Positions 51,501-64,000 of a stretch of 64,000 nt of DNA are shown here, piece by piece (position 1 is the first letter of the stretch; each line of letters begins with the position of its first letter). Origin of the DNA: Hydrolagus affinis (taxonomy: Eukaryota); contig JAAILG010000679.1 in NCBI GenBank assembly GCA_012026655.1, positions 1-64,000 of the forward strand. Reading direction: 5' to 3'. Below the pieces are notes generated by a model. The model was not told where the DNA came from, ran no database searches, and saw nothing but the letters and a program-made list of their open reading frames with translations. The position numbers were made by a program, and so were the translations under genes.

Positions 51501-52504
51501 CAATCATGATTTCCCAAGTAAGCAAACAGAACTTAGACTCTTAATCAGACCTCTCATTAAATTCTTCATCTCCTCCAGAGAAAATTCACATTTTAAACCA
51601 CTCCTGCTCTTGCTCATCCACTCTGGCCGGTAAGATTATAAAACATCTCCTCTAAAATATAGTACAAAAAGGACAATGCCACAAATGTGGGACTTCAATT
51701 AATTTAAAGCCCCAATCAGTGAAGAATAAATCCTTAGCAGATCTAATTACTAGAGCTCTCGGAAGACCCGAGCCGACCAGCCAATCTTCCTACTGTTTGA
51801 ACAGCTTGATGAACTAGGGGACTGATGGATATCAAATCATTTTGTTTAATTTATAAATGGATTTTCCCCTAATACTAAAATTATCATCAGTACAACACCA
51901 TCAAAATGGGAACATCCTGAATGCAAAGTCTGTGAGGAGTCTGGAAGGCATCCCAATGAGGAATGTTGCTTCTGTTCAATCCCCCAAGATTCATCTAATT
52001 AAAGCGTGGAGGGGGCGGGTGAGCCTCTACAAAATGACTGCATTGTTTTCCCCTCACATTCAAAATTTCATTCAGCAGCAAACTGTTCATACGCTTCAGG
52101 TATCGAAAATAAAAGTCTCGAAAAACCCAAACAAAAAGAGACATCTAGCACCATCTTAGATAAATCTATTCACAGAAATTCAGTATTAAATAAGTGCTGT
52201 AAATTGGAGGCCTCATATCAAGTGTATCCTAGAGAAATTTATGACTGATAAATTAAACACAATTCCCTAAAAATGTTTGTTATAATCGCACTGTTTTAAT
52301 TAGAACCAACCTATTTGTGACATTTTCTTGGGTTAAATTAACATACTTGCCTGATGCATTCTGAACATTTCAGCAGTAAAATTATACGGAATCGTAACTA
52401 TCACTAGACCTATTTTCCCTCTGGTCTTCGCATCAGTGAATAGAGCTCAATCATTTTATAAAGGTCCTGCCCCAACTCTGCCCTTTTCTGCTCCAAATTC
52501 CCAC

Positions 52505-52679
52505 CTGGCTCAGGGGTCTCCGACTGTGAGGACGAAGATGCTGAGCTGGCTCCATCCTCTGCGGTACCCTGTGAGAGAATGCCTCGCCCTGGGGGAAGTT
52601 TCATGCCCAGCTGCTCTGCCATCTCCACATGGTCTCCAGGGTGGACATAATCAAACACACTGCTGCCTGTCAGTTCCAC
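52505..52679 (-). CDS. NPAS3: NPAS3 internal coding exon, 175 bp (end of PAS-A plus Ser-rich insert): [58 protein letters not shown]
   Basis: Acceptor cctcag|GTG GAA CTG and donor GAG CCA G|gtggga on the minus strand. The peptide is near-identical to vertebrate NPAS3 as I recall it. Ends in phase 1, matching the next exon. Confidence 0.97.
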
Positions 52680-53864
52680 CTGAGGGGGCAGAAGTTAAAG
52701 TCTAACATCAGATTCACTTTTCAATCAAATCAACAATACCTAGAAAATAATGACGTTAGTTGTGCAAGCTTAGATTTGCCGCAATTTTATCAAGTACAAC
52801 ACTGCTGAATATTATTAAACCCCAATCATATTTCATCCTTGCATTTTGAAAACATTTTTATTAAGCTAATAATACCCCATATTCAGAGTTCAAAAAGCAT
52901 GGATTAACAACCAATTATTTTATGTTCCCTTCACAATTCCACAAAAATAATCTTCAAAATTTCTATTGAAACAAAAAGTGCACAGATGTACAACATATGC
53001 ATACCCTCACACTTAGTACATTCTACAGAGAGTGATTTAGAAGTTTAAATGAAAGTAGTTTGGCAAGAAGCATCATTCATCAGCACAAATTAGTGGTGAG
53101 ATTTCTTATGTAGAAGCACTGTATTCATTAGTTTAAGCAGATAAGATCGACAAGTTCTGGTTGAAAGGTTTATGTCTCTATCTCAAGCAACAACTTGTAA
53201 ATTGTAATACTGAAGCAATTTGCAGATCAAATGTATATACATTAATTTAGTGCTAACTTCATTTTTTAAAAGCAAGCATTTTGCTGCAGTTTTATAGGCC
53301 TCGTAGTATGACGTGTTATAAACCTCCAATTTGATGACAGAGACATACATCAAGTGGACAATATGTTTGTAGACCTGATTTCTTAATATGAAAACAATTT
53401 AAGAAACAGTTCTATAGTTCATTCTGGTTTCCCCACATTCTGCTTTTCTACATCATAATGGTAGATACACTGTAAAGATGATACCAGTCATAAAACATTT
53501 TTAATATAGAAACAATAAAACAAGAGGTGAAAAATGCATAGGTCATACAACGTGATATCAACACAGTCATCAAGTCTGTTGTCAAGCATTTTACAAACAT
53601 TAAAGCAAAGGGCTATATGTTCACCGAAATAACCTTGACTTAAAACATTGCCCTGTTGAATTAACATGAATTATATGCAGTTAGCACAACACACAGAAAC
53701 TGTGATGCTTTGAACGTGAGAAATCCCACTAATTATTGTCACCTCTTAGCTACTATGCAAAGTCACTCCAAGCAATGATTTTACTGTTGATGCTTTTATA
53801 TTTTCAAATCCCTTTACCCCTCCTCTCCTAAAGGAACTGACTTGCTGAAATACATTTTCATTGG

Positions 53865-54190
53865 TGCTGTCATCTCTCCAATACCTGGCCCAAATGTCTA
53901 GATTAGATAGTGATATTGCTGTCTAGCTATGCAGTCGCAGGGGTTAGGGGTGGTAGAGGAATGGCACAGGCAATATCATTTTTGTCCTTATTTAACATCC
54001 AATAAATTAACTTCCAGACAGCAATTAGAAGCAGGAACCCAGGCTAAGTCTTGCCTTTACCTCAGCCTGGGGATACAAAAAAGGCCAATTTAGCACGGTG
54101 CGCACCCTCAAGATCATTGTGATCAGCTAACAGCGAAGACTGAGTATCAAAAATTATACCTTCCTCGTCTGTGGGCTCGGCACTATGCCT
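53865..54190 (-). mobile_element. Ancient interspersed repeat, probably a SINE, related to 62795-63135 and 34820-35005
   Basis: Shared ordered motifs CCCAA(G)TG, TCCT..ACATCCA..CTTCCAG, GGAACCCAGGCT, GGCCAATT and GATCAGCTAAC. Strand is inferred from a B-box-like end. Confidence 0.5.
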
Positions 54191-57100
54191 CTTTTTTCAT
54201 ATGTGCACTTACAGATGTAAAAACACAATGATTTGAATGGAATGTACCAAGCAGATCTCTGATACAAAAGGAACGTAGCTTTACAGTGAAGAAAGTAAAT
54301 TTTTATGGCCTTAAGGAAGATGTGCACTTCATTGTGTTTTGATAAGGCATTGAGCTGAAAAGTTTTCTTTAGTCTTATTTCGATAGACCCTAATTTCTGG
54401 AAACCGATTTCAGCTGTTTATTGTCTCAGGTAAATGTTTTTAAGGCTGAGCATCGTCAAATGTCATGTCCCACTGTCCTCAAGGTCTGCTTGCGTGACAG
54501 ACCCAGCAGTAAACCTATCATATCTGTCTTTGCTGCATTCCATGGTACAGAAACAGTCAGTGAGGCAGGATCAATCAGATCCAAATTGAGAGGCCCAGCT
54601 GAGAATCAGGAGTGCTCCCTACTCATTCTCATGAATTTTCTTTCTTCTGCCGTTCTGCAGTAACAACTTGCCCAAGGCAAGATAGCTCCTTTAATTCAAT
54701 CTTTTTGCATATCATTTTAACTGCAAAACCAGAACTTTACATATAAAATTAGACACAAGGTGTGTGGAAATTAAAAAGAGATGTGGTTATTAGAGAACGA
54801 CCAGTTTAATAGTAATTAGCTGTATCAGAATGTGATTAAATTTGATGCCCAGTTTGATATTTACAGTAAAATCACACTGCACATTTATGCATCGAGGAAC
54901 ATAGCTCAGTTGGAGATTTTGAACTTGTTTTCCGGCCAATGTATGGACATGTACACTGATTGCTCAAGTCCAAAAGGAGCTCGTGACCAGCCCCATTGAA
55001 AAATAGCAGCTTTATGTCTGTAAAATCAGACTTTTCAGGATGAAGCTGGTCAGGAAGAATGCCTTGAAAAGTGACTCTTTCTCAGAGCATGGATGATTCC
55101 ACAAGAACAACCTTGGTTACAATAAGACAATATTTAGGAAGTCTTTTCTGACCATTTAAATGTACTTTATTTTTTATTTTAAGCGTCGAAAATTTATTTG
55201 TGTTTTGGACTCCAAATTCTAACTGGGCAGAAATAAGTTAAAACAATAAAAAAAACTACCACTTTTATTAAAAAGTATTCTGAATTCAGGCACGTTGGCC
55301 ACTTATAACATGGTGCCAGGCCTTTCGTAGATCACACAAGCGACACCTTACATGTAACTTTTTACTGACTAATGCACACTTTATTTTTATGTAAATAAAC
55401 ATCTTTGTGATAAGATGCAAGTTGGATGCAACAAAACTCTCCTCACTGTGCATGAATCCAGAAGTCAAGCAGTTCTTTTAAGAGGACAATATATTATATT
55501 TTTGTTTGTTTGCTTTTGGTGACTGTTATTGAATATTCTCTAACTGTTGCTGTGCTTTTCCTGGAAAAATGATGTATCGCTATTTCCCCAAAGCCTCATA
55601 TATGTTATCAAACTTGAAATAGTGAGTAATAAAATGTATAATTCCAGTGATTGTTTCTGAACCCCTTTAACTTACAGCGCAAGTTGAATTACACTTCACG
55701 TTAACATTACCTCCTTTCCTACCTCCCCACGTGTGGGCAGCCCAATTCTACCCAGCATTGTTCCACAAACAGCCAGGAGTATAAATCTACATCCCGCCAA
55801 TCTGTGCCACAGTGCCTTGGTTAATCACGTGTGCACATTTTTGTTTGTTCATGCACAGATCTCTTTGGTCTAATCTTGCTAACTGATGCAGAGTCATGTC
55901 TACCAAACAAAGAGAGTTCATGCACTACAGTTCTTAAAACACTTAAAACTACTGACCTTTTTGGAAGTTGAATGAGTTGGCTAGGGGAGTCTAACGGTTT
56001 ATTCCAGGCTGAAATTCTTACTAATGTGACTCAAGTATTGAATAAGTATCCTTTAAGACGATGGTAATTCATATTTATTCGATTTCGATTGCCTGCAATA
56101 ACAGAAGATATGGCCTCTAATTTGTGGGGGTTTATATTGGTAAAAATGTCCTAGAAAACAAACTCTACAGCTTGATGAATTCAAGGCTTCTGAACAATAT
56201 TAACTTTCATGATTAATCTACCGGCCCTTTCACAGATTGAGGATCTCTACATATAGGAATTAAGTACAACCAAGATATTACGTGGTGGCTGCAGAGAAAT
56301 TGGGGAATGTAGTATTTGTTGCCTGTTTCAAATACTGTAGGCAAATATTCATTCCATTTGAGTGCTCAGTGGCAATTCTTGTAGTTATCAGGTGTACAGA
56401 AGGTTACTGGCAGTTCTCAGTAAGTCTTTAATTGCTATGCCACCTCACTAATTTAATGGAAAATACCAATAAGTTAGATGTTGGGAGCTTTAATGTTACC
56501 ATAACAAAAAACAAATTTCAATTAAACATCCATTTGTGTGTCTTTTATTCAAAGAGTGTCTGAGAGATCATTTACTATCTACAATTCTTTGCATTGTTAA
56601 GCTATCCGGTGCAGGGCTATTCATTAGAAACAATCGTGGTTACCAATTTTAGAACTGCTATGTTATCCTAGCCTCACAAACCTAACTTGTATGTACATGC
56701 CAACTACAGAATCAAGAAGACATCTTGCAGCTTGATCCTTTATGGATTATCCAATTCTTTTTCAAGTCTTCCCAGCTTTGCAGACTATAGTTTGCCCTAG
56801 ATACTGCAATCCACCAGAGTTTAATAGTGGTGCCCCAAAAGCACAATTCTGCTGTCTGAAAGCACAGAAAACTATAATTTTCGCTTTCATACAACCAAGA
56901 TAAGGTTCTTGATTTTAGCACCATCGTGTAAACCTATAACAAACAATCTGAGTTTAGACACTAGTTTTGAATGACCACAAGATCCCTTCACTGGTTTTGG
57001 TTGACTTCAATTATCAATGACATGAACAAAACAGAATAGTGTAAGACGCTAAGCAATAAGCAAAGAAACGTGCTACAGTTTCTAAAGAAAATCATTCATT

Positions 57101-58349
57101 CAATTGCAATTTTCTATGTCTCGACATTATAATGTTTCCTCACTGTTAAAATATTGTTCAAATTTTCATTCCTCATTGAAGCTAGGGAAATACACAAGTA
57201 TTTGTGTATTCTTGTAGGGTAATTAATTAAAATGGTAATTTGCTTCTTAACCTTATTCTGCTTTTAATTTATGTTCTATATCAGATAGCGAACTTATAGT
57301 AAATTATATTACTTACATAATTTGCCATTTAAAGTGACGTTATTTTAGCTGATCATATCTGTTACATACATACATTAAATGAAGCACAGATAGGTTAGCA
57401 ATGAAATTCTGACTGTTTAATATGTGAAAAAGGGCTTAGATAATTTGTTTCTATCTATGGTTTTCAAGTTTTTTTTACAAAAAGATTAGGTTAATAGTCA
57501 ACTGTGAATTATGCTTCGTACATTCCCGTTTTCCTGCTCACATTGGCTGTTTTATGGTATAATTGATGGAAATAGATAACAAGATCACTCAGGCCTTCAT
57601 GGATAAACTACATTATCTCCGTTGGCAGATGTGGAGATTTTATTTCAGCAAATTTCATTTACAAATACGACTGTGCTTCCTGTGAAAAAGCCACCCCTTT
57701 TGAAAAATGTCAATAAACACTCCATAACTTTTAAAATGTAAAACATATCTATGCATTACCAATTCCATGAATATTAGATCTAAATGTACTGTGAAATCCT
57801 GACAGATAATGTTGAAAATACCAAGCATTACCCTCTTTGAATCACAATACTGGTAAATTTAGTGGGGACACTTTAATGCATGAACAGTACAGAACACCAT
57901 CAGAACAGAATAAAAAAATAACTGACAAGCATCTTGGACTACAGAGTATTCTTTCACACATATAATCCAAAGCAACCTTTCAAAATTCAGCTATGCAGCA
58001 CACATAGCACATGCGGCTGCCTGCACTCTTCATTCTTCAATCAATTTAAACCATGTAGTGATTTCCCTTGTATTTCAAACGGCAGGAGCACTGCAATATT
58101 CATTTCTGAACACCAGTGAGAGGTTTACACAATTTTAATTCTGGACATTAGAAAAGAGCCAAGGATTATGCTCTGTTATTGCTTAAAAATACTCAGCTAT
58201 CTGGCTGGAATTCAGCATTGAAAATGAGTTTCATCAATCTGAATAGGGCAAGGTTAAAGCCCTTAGCAACATGCTTATTTTGTAGAAGGTCACACAATAA
58301 TAACTTATTTTGCCCTCCAAGCTTATTAAGACTGACTGGCATATATTAA

Positions 58350-58690
58350 TAAAAGCACCTGATTTTCAGACTATAAAAGTCAGACGCCGACTTATTTTAA
58401 TTTTTATATTAAGGAAGAAACCCTTAATTAGCGGGGTTTCAAAAATGTCAGCTTCTTCTATTAGCTGTTCTGGTCCATCAAAGCCATAATCCGTACTGTC
58501 AAATTTCATCACATGATGGACAGTTTTCTGGCTGTGCATTTTTTTATGGATCAGACTGACTGAAGCCATGTGATTCCGTAATCACATGCCTTAACATCTC
58601 AACACCAAAAATGTCTCTTTTAACCAGTCCATTGCTGAAATTCATTGTCCTTGTCGCAAAGCGGTATTGTTTTTATGCTACACTATAAAC
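58350..58690. promoter_or_regulatory. Candidate conserved non-coding element with two short hairpins
   Basis: GAAACCC-TTAATTAGCG-GGGTTTC (58417-58440), CATGTGATT-CCGT-AATCACATG (58567-58588), TCF-like CATCAAAG and Sox-like CATTGTC/TATTGTT. Confidence 0.35.
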
Positions 58691-59473
58691 AGATAGCTTC
58701 AAATGGAAACTTAGTTCTGTCCTAAACCTCCTGCAACCAACTTGATAGTTATTACTAATGATCATTATTTAAACCCGACGACATGTCTAATGATGCTATT
58801 TCTCTCATCTCTGGTTTTCAGCCTGATTTTAAAAGAGAGTGATTTTGATGAGTGCACTTGGTATCAAGCTTTTCTTGCTCATTTATAGCTGCTACATTCT
58901 TCTGCTCCTCCTCTGCTTTAAAGATTCCAAGCTGCTGTCTCATTTATAACAGCAGCTGGTAATAAAATGGATTGTTGGCGCATTTGATCTCAACTTAAAG
59001 AAGCACTTACTCAGTCTTACAGACCATGATAAATCTGATACAGGTACATATGGATCATACAGTATGTAATGTATCATTGGATATGTGCTGAATTAAAGAT
59101 ACTGTCAATTTCCATTAAGAAATCAATTAACATATCTGTTTCCAAAAAAAATTCAAATGTTTCATGTTCAGTTATTTGAGCGAGTCTTTTTAGATATGTA
59201 AGATGAAGAGGATTTTAAGATTTGGGCTCAGAAAATGCCAAAGCGAAAGCAAGAAAGGCAGCCTTCCACTGGTTACATTCAAGTCAGGTCTGATCTTGAT
59301 GTTGCACTACTCCCGATTTATAAAGTTGAGAACGTAGAAAAGTCAGAAATCAGACACTACAACATTTGCAATTATAGTTCTTCTAACATTGCAACAGAAA
59401 GACTCAAGATTTTTAACCTTGTATCTTAAGGAGCCAGTCTGTGCCATCAATAGAGAGTCTCACAACTATCTAT

Positions 59474-59680
59474 GATAATAATTATCCTTGCATTTAATAT
59501 AGTGCTCTATCAAATCTTCGGAATGTTTGAATCGCTTCATAGAATACCCTGCAAAGTGAATTGACCGTGTTTGTCATTGGTGGAATGCTACAGCCAATTG
59601 AGCACAGCAGCGTCCCACAAACAGCGTGGATTGAGTGACCAAATATGTATTTTTAAAAATTGTTTTTTGAGGGGATTTTT
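59474..59680 (-). mobile_element. SINE core plus tail, headless
   Basis: TCCTTGCATTTAATATAGTGC..CAGCCAATTGAGCACAGCAGCGTCCCACAAACAG. Confidence 0.85.
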
Positions 59681-59964
59681 AGGATATATTTTATAGGATG
59701 TATTTTGTTTCAGAGAAACAGTTGGATTTTCCAGTATCTGTTGCATTTTATTCTATATTACACATTTAAGTGGAGGGGATTGCACTGAACGAGTCGTGAC
59801 ATTTTTCTCACAAAGGAAATAAACCAAAGCAATTTAAGCAATTCGATATATCTGTGCAAAAGTTTAAAAAGTCTTAATATTTTTTCACATTTTCTATTTT
59901 ATTGCAAAAATGTATTGACCCTTTTTGATCAACAATGGTTGTCCTACCGATGTGATTTCACTAG

Positions 59965-60340
59965 TTTCACTTGCTCCACTCTACCTCTGTGACCTCCTAA
60001 CCCCCCCTACCAATCTGCCCGCTATACTCCGCTCAGCGTGCTCTAGCCTGCTCCATGTCCACCAACCCACCACCCACCCACCATCGATGGGCGAGCCTTC
60101 AGCTACTCTGTCTCTAACCTCTGGAATTCTATCCCTCCACCTCGCCTCCTCCCTTACCTGTTTTAAGGCCCATCTAAAGACCCTCCGTTTTGACAGTCCC
60201 ATTGGTCACCTCAAAATCCCCTCCTTTCCCTCCACCCTCCCCGATTCTGACCCCACCTCGGGTCTGAAACATTGACTGTCCAGTGCCTTGGGACATCCTC
60301 CTGATGTGAAAGGCACTATGCAAATGTAATTTTGTTGTTC
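59965..60340 (+). mobile_element. LINE2 3' end
   Basis: LAPLYLCDLL..LRS..FKAHLKT coding remnant, C-rich UTR, then tail GTGCCTTGGGACATCC..GTGAAAGGCACTATGCAAATGTAATTTTGTTGTT. Confidence 0.92.
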
Positions 60341-62327
60341 CTTTTGTAGGTTATTAATTTTGTAGGATGTTTCTTTATTCTCTGATGTTTTTGCTCAGCC
60401 GAGTGTCTGACACAAGCGGAAACACATCGCTATGCTTAACAATATACAAACCAAGCTGAAATTTTCATGCTTCCCACCTACAAAAGGAGATCCCAGAGAT
60501 CCAGTGCTGTAATGGAATGCGTGTTCTCTCCCTGGAGGGATGCAACCTGATTCCTTAATTCCAGAAAGTATTAGGCACAGGATGGCAAGAGTCAAGGCAT
60601 GGGGACCAAGAGTGGGCTTTGGGGCACTGTTGGGGCCTAACCCGCTAAAATTGCAGTGACTAATCTGGCCTTCCAGGTCCTGCTGATGAGCCAGGCAAGC
60701 AGTGCTATAATCAGCAAAGACTTGAAATACTGTGGTTCCGGCTAATCAGGAACTGGACTACTGAGGGCGCCACAAAGGGCTGTCTCGATTCCGACATTCC
60801 ATTACCATTCACGTTACCTTGAAGGCGGTTCAACTCCATGGAGACCCCGCTTACCTCCTTCTCACTGAGGATTTCTATGATGTCATTCCTCAGAGTGCTG
60901 CTGAGTACTGGGAATGTGGTAACTGAGTGGATGTTCGATTTTTGCAGAAAAATTTGTGCTAAAGCCCAAATATTATTTTTACAATACTTTCATTCATCCG
61001 AAAGAACTGTGAAAATAACCTACACAGGCATGCAACAACACTCAGTGTTTCAATACATACTCAAAACGATTCATACTATGGTTGAATATGGTACGAATCC
61101 CCTATAGTCCTTGAATCCCTTGTTGCAACATGTCACAATACACGCAAAAAATGAACCATCAATATTTTCCTTATACACATAAATGTGAAGGCTAAAAATA
61201 CAGTTTAATCTTAAATTATAAAAAATAAAGCACAGTGTAAATACTAAACTGCCAGCCCTTACACACTGCCAAATATTCCAAACCATGTCTTTCTTGATAT
61301 TTTCCAATGCTATTTTGACATCATGCTGGCAAAACCTAGTTTATATGGGTTTTTTTCCGCAGCTGTGTTTCCCTCTGAATATGACCTCTCTGGATAAAAT
61401 AAAGGCAGGACTGAGTTTATACAAAGCAATCTGGCGTGTTTTACTTAAGGAAAGGGACACATAAAAGTCAGCGTATGCATCAAATTATGCACACCCTGAG
61501 CATAAATAGCAACCAATTTTACTATAATTTCAAGTATAAGTAGTGATACAATTATATGACGATTTTACTTTGAAAATGATACTCAAGGTTATGAGAGTTT
61601 AAGATAATAGTTTGCATTTAGATTGCAGGTATACTCAGGGTCAACTTAATTTTGAAGCAGCATCTAAGCATATAAGCCCTATGAATGGTGAATGATGTTG
61701 GATTCATTTTAAATCAATAATAAAACAGTATTATAAAGCAGGGGAGATGTTACTTTGCTGCCTATCACATCAAAATAAACTGCTGCTCCACAGTTGAACT
61801 AGCAGAGAGCACAACTGAATTTTCATCACATTAAAATAATTTTAAATATTCCAATTTTTGTGGAACAATTCTGGGACTAAAACAAGAATAACAAATGAAA
61901 GGAAAATAAATTGAAGTTTTTTAAAAAAAAACATTTTGCGCATTCTTACCTGTGAAAAAAACCATCCAATTTTTATTGAGTTGATGTGAGGCCAGTTGCT
62001 TAGCACAAACAGTCACTGATAAAATCTCTGCATATTCATTGCATTTTAAGCCATCTGTGCTTTCCTCGCAAAAAAAGCAGATGCCATTTCTTGATTTGTT
62101 ATTTTTTTAACTATAGAAATGTAAGCTGGTTCTGTTTTTTTTTACATTCATTTGAGAAGGATCATGCTGTCATATGGGTACCCACAGTGAAGAATACCTG
62201 CTACCTATAAAACCCTGTAAGACTGTGAGTCCTTGTCAGTGTCAATGACCCTTTGAACTGAATTGAAACCTAATCGCTAACAAAAAAGAAACAGAAATCA
62301 TGCAAATCATATTAATTTCAGCATTTC

Positions 62328-62499
62328 NNNNNNNNNNNNNNNNNNNNNNNNNNNNNNNNNNNNNNNNNNNNNNNNNNNNNNNNNNNNNNNNNNNNNNNNN
62401 NNNNNNNNNNNNNNNNNNNNNNNNNNNNNNNNNNNNNNNNNNNNNNNNNNNNNNNNNNNNNNNNNNNNNNNNNNNNNNNNNNNNNNNNNNNNNNNNNNN
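62328..62499. other. Assembly gap (172 N)
   Basis: Run of N. Confidence 1.
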
Positions 62500-62794
62500 A
62501 GAATGAAAATGAAGTCCGTAAGGCTTAGTCTATTTGCCTAATAACCAAGTGTACACAGAACAAAAGGCTAAAAGAGTTTGGAAATTTTCCATTACATTGT
62601 ACCCTGCTCTTTTGCCTGTTAGTACACATCAAATAAAGTGTTTCCAAATTAGAAACATTGTAGATTTTATAAATGTACTTCTAAAGTAGATATATTTAAA
62701 CACCTGAATATTGTTTTTCTCCTCTCAATTTCCTCATTCTTTTGTCATATCTTTCTAAAGCCAGATAAACATGTTGGAGTTTGTTCACATGTTT

Positions 62795-63135
62795 GCTGGC
62801 AATCCTCCAGCGTCTGACCCAAGTGGCCATTATTCATGTGTGAGTTTGGACAATTAGTGCCGGCAGGCCTTTTGACCACAGAGGGCACAACAGCTCAGCC
62901 CTATCCTCCCCTCATTCATTATCTATTCACATGCACTTTCCAGGAAAGAGGGGAGCAGGAGGAGAGGAATGTGTCCCTGGATTGATACTCCTGATGACTT
63001 TATCCTCTGCTCATTTCAGAGCAACTAAGATCAACTGCATATCTCCACCAATCCCCTGGCTAAGATAAATTCTCTAGGTATTGACCAGGAACCAAACCTT
63101 GTATTGTTGGTGTTTGAAAGGTTCAGTGCCTCATC
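62795..63135 (-). mobile_element. Ancient interspersed repeat, probably a SINE; best-preserved copy of the family also at 53865-54190
   Basis: CCCAAGTGGCCATTATTCATGTGTGAG..GGCAGGC..TTGACCAC..CACATGCACTTTCCAG..CCCTGGCTAAGAT, a repeat I recognise from chondrichthyan genomes. Confidence 0.55.
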
Positions 63136-64000
63136 ATAAAGCTGTTGGTATTTCAGATGGTCACAGTAAAAGATTCAACACTCGGTGCCAATTTTCAAAC
63201 ATCATGTGCCAGATTTCTTCTGTACAAACCTATATTTTTCACTTGGGTGCTATTGCAACACTTGTATGAGTTCCATGTGCTGGGGCAGTAGCAAAGCATT
63301 TTGGAAGCAATATGAAAATTGCAATCCATTACAGTAATTTGCACAGGCACAAAAACATATATGTCAATCTTGTACTGTATTGGTATTGGCACAAACCTGC
63401 AAGTAAAATAAAATAATAATAATACAGTATGTGAAAAATACATTGTAAAAAACTTTCATGATGTTACCAGTCCAAAGCACAGATAGAAAACAGTTTTCTA
63501 AGGTTACAATTTCAGATTTCAGTTCAGATTTCCAGCATCTGTAGTATTTTGCCTTAAGTTTTCTAAAGTTCTCCAATTTTCTTGGAGGGGATGTCGTAGG
63601 GATTACTCAACATGAAGGTCCAACAGTAGAATCCAGTTAATTTTTTTGCTACAAGAACCTTGAGATCAGAATGGCACATTTTGTGTCTGACAGCCTCAAA
63701 TGCAACCAAAATAAGTGCAGCTGATTGAGTCCTGCTTAACAAACCCGATGTTGTCATAATATGCACAAAAGGTGTGAGTGTGGCTGGGGAGTTGGAAGAG
63801 TTTTAAACAGTGCTATATATTTCCAGCTATATCTCAGTAAAGTCCTAGTGCAGTACCGTTCGTCGTCAGTAGACAGTTCAGCAAATTTTGAAAATTCAAC
63901 GTAGTACTAGAGTCTGTTAGTCAACAGCTGCTAGCTGCAGAGAGGTGCAGTATACATGGATTCTTTAATTTTACACAAAAAATCCTTCAGGAAATCCATT

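Noticed and set aside
52410-52504. ORF-track extension [14 protein letters not shown]... beyond the NPAS3 exon
   Set aside because: Read-through into the intron past the G|GTGGGA donor. The same applies to the extensions of ORFs 753-935, 5168-5407 and 6311-6541.
60683-60740. CTGATGAG...GAAA, a possible second hammerhead
   Set aside because: No convincing helix II closing pair before GAAA, and no helix I or III complementarity.
52680-64000. Search for the preceding NPAS3 exon ([30 protein letters not shown]-like)
   Set aside because: Not found on the minus strand. It presumably lies beyond the window, although the 172-N gap cannot be excluded.

Overview
Vertebrate genomic DNA, not prokaryotic. 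The repeat content (tRNA-headed Deu-domain SINEs with LINE2-type tails, L2, CR1, Penelope) suggests a cartilaginous fish, probably a chimaera such as Callorhinchus (inference). The whole window lies inside one minus-strand gene, the bHLH-PAS transcription factor NPAS3. Five consecutive internal coding exons covering PAS-A, the linker, PAS-B and PAC were mapped with GT-AG boundaries and consistent phases: 52505-52679, 17034-17152, 6315-6508, 5263-5369 and 757-904. The start and end of the gene lie outside the window. The rest is intron, with many SINE and LINE fragments, two N gaps and several repeat-free, motif-dense blocks that look like conserved enhancers. Almost all ORFs in the supplied track are spurious or TE-derived. 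Highlights: (1) a TSD-flanked Penelope insertion carrying a degenerate minimal hammerhead ribozyme in the sense orientation of the NPAS3 pre-mRNA; (2) an old, roughly 50-bp tandem array with hairpin-forming units; (3) inverted SINE pairs that could form dsRNA or promote circRNA; (4) a near-perfect 95-bp dispersed duplication. Repeat boundaries are approximate, and family names come from recognition by eye, not database searches.
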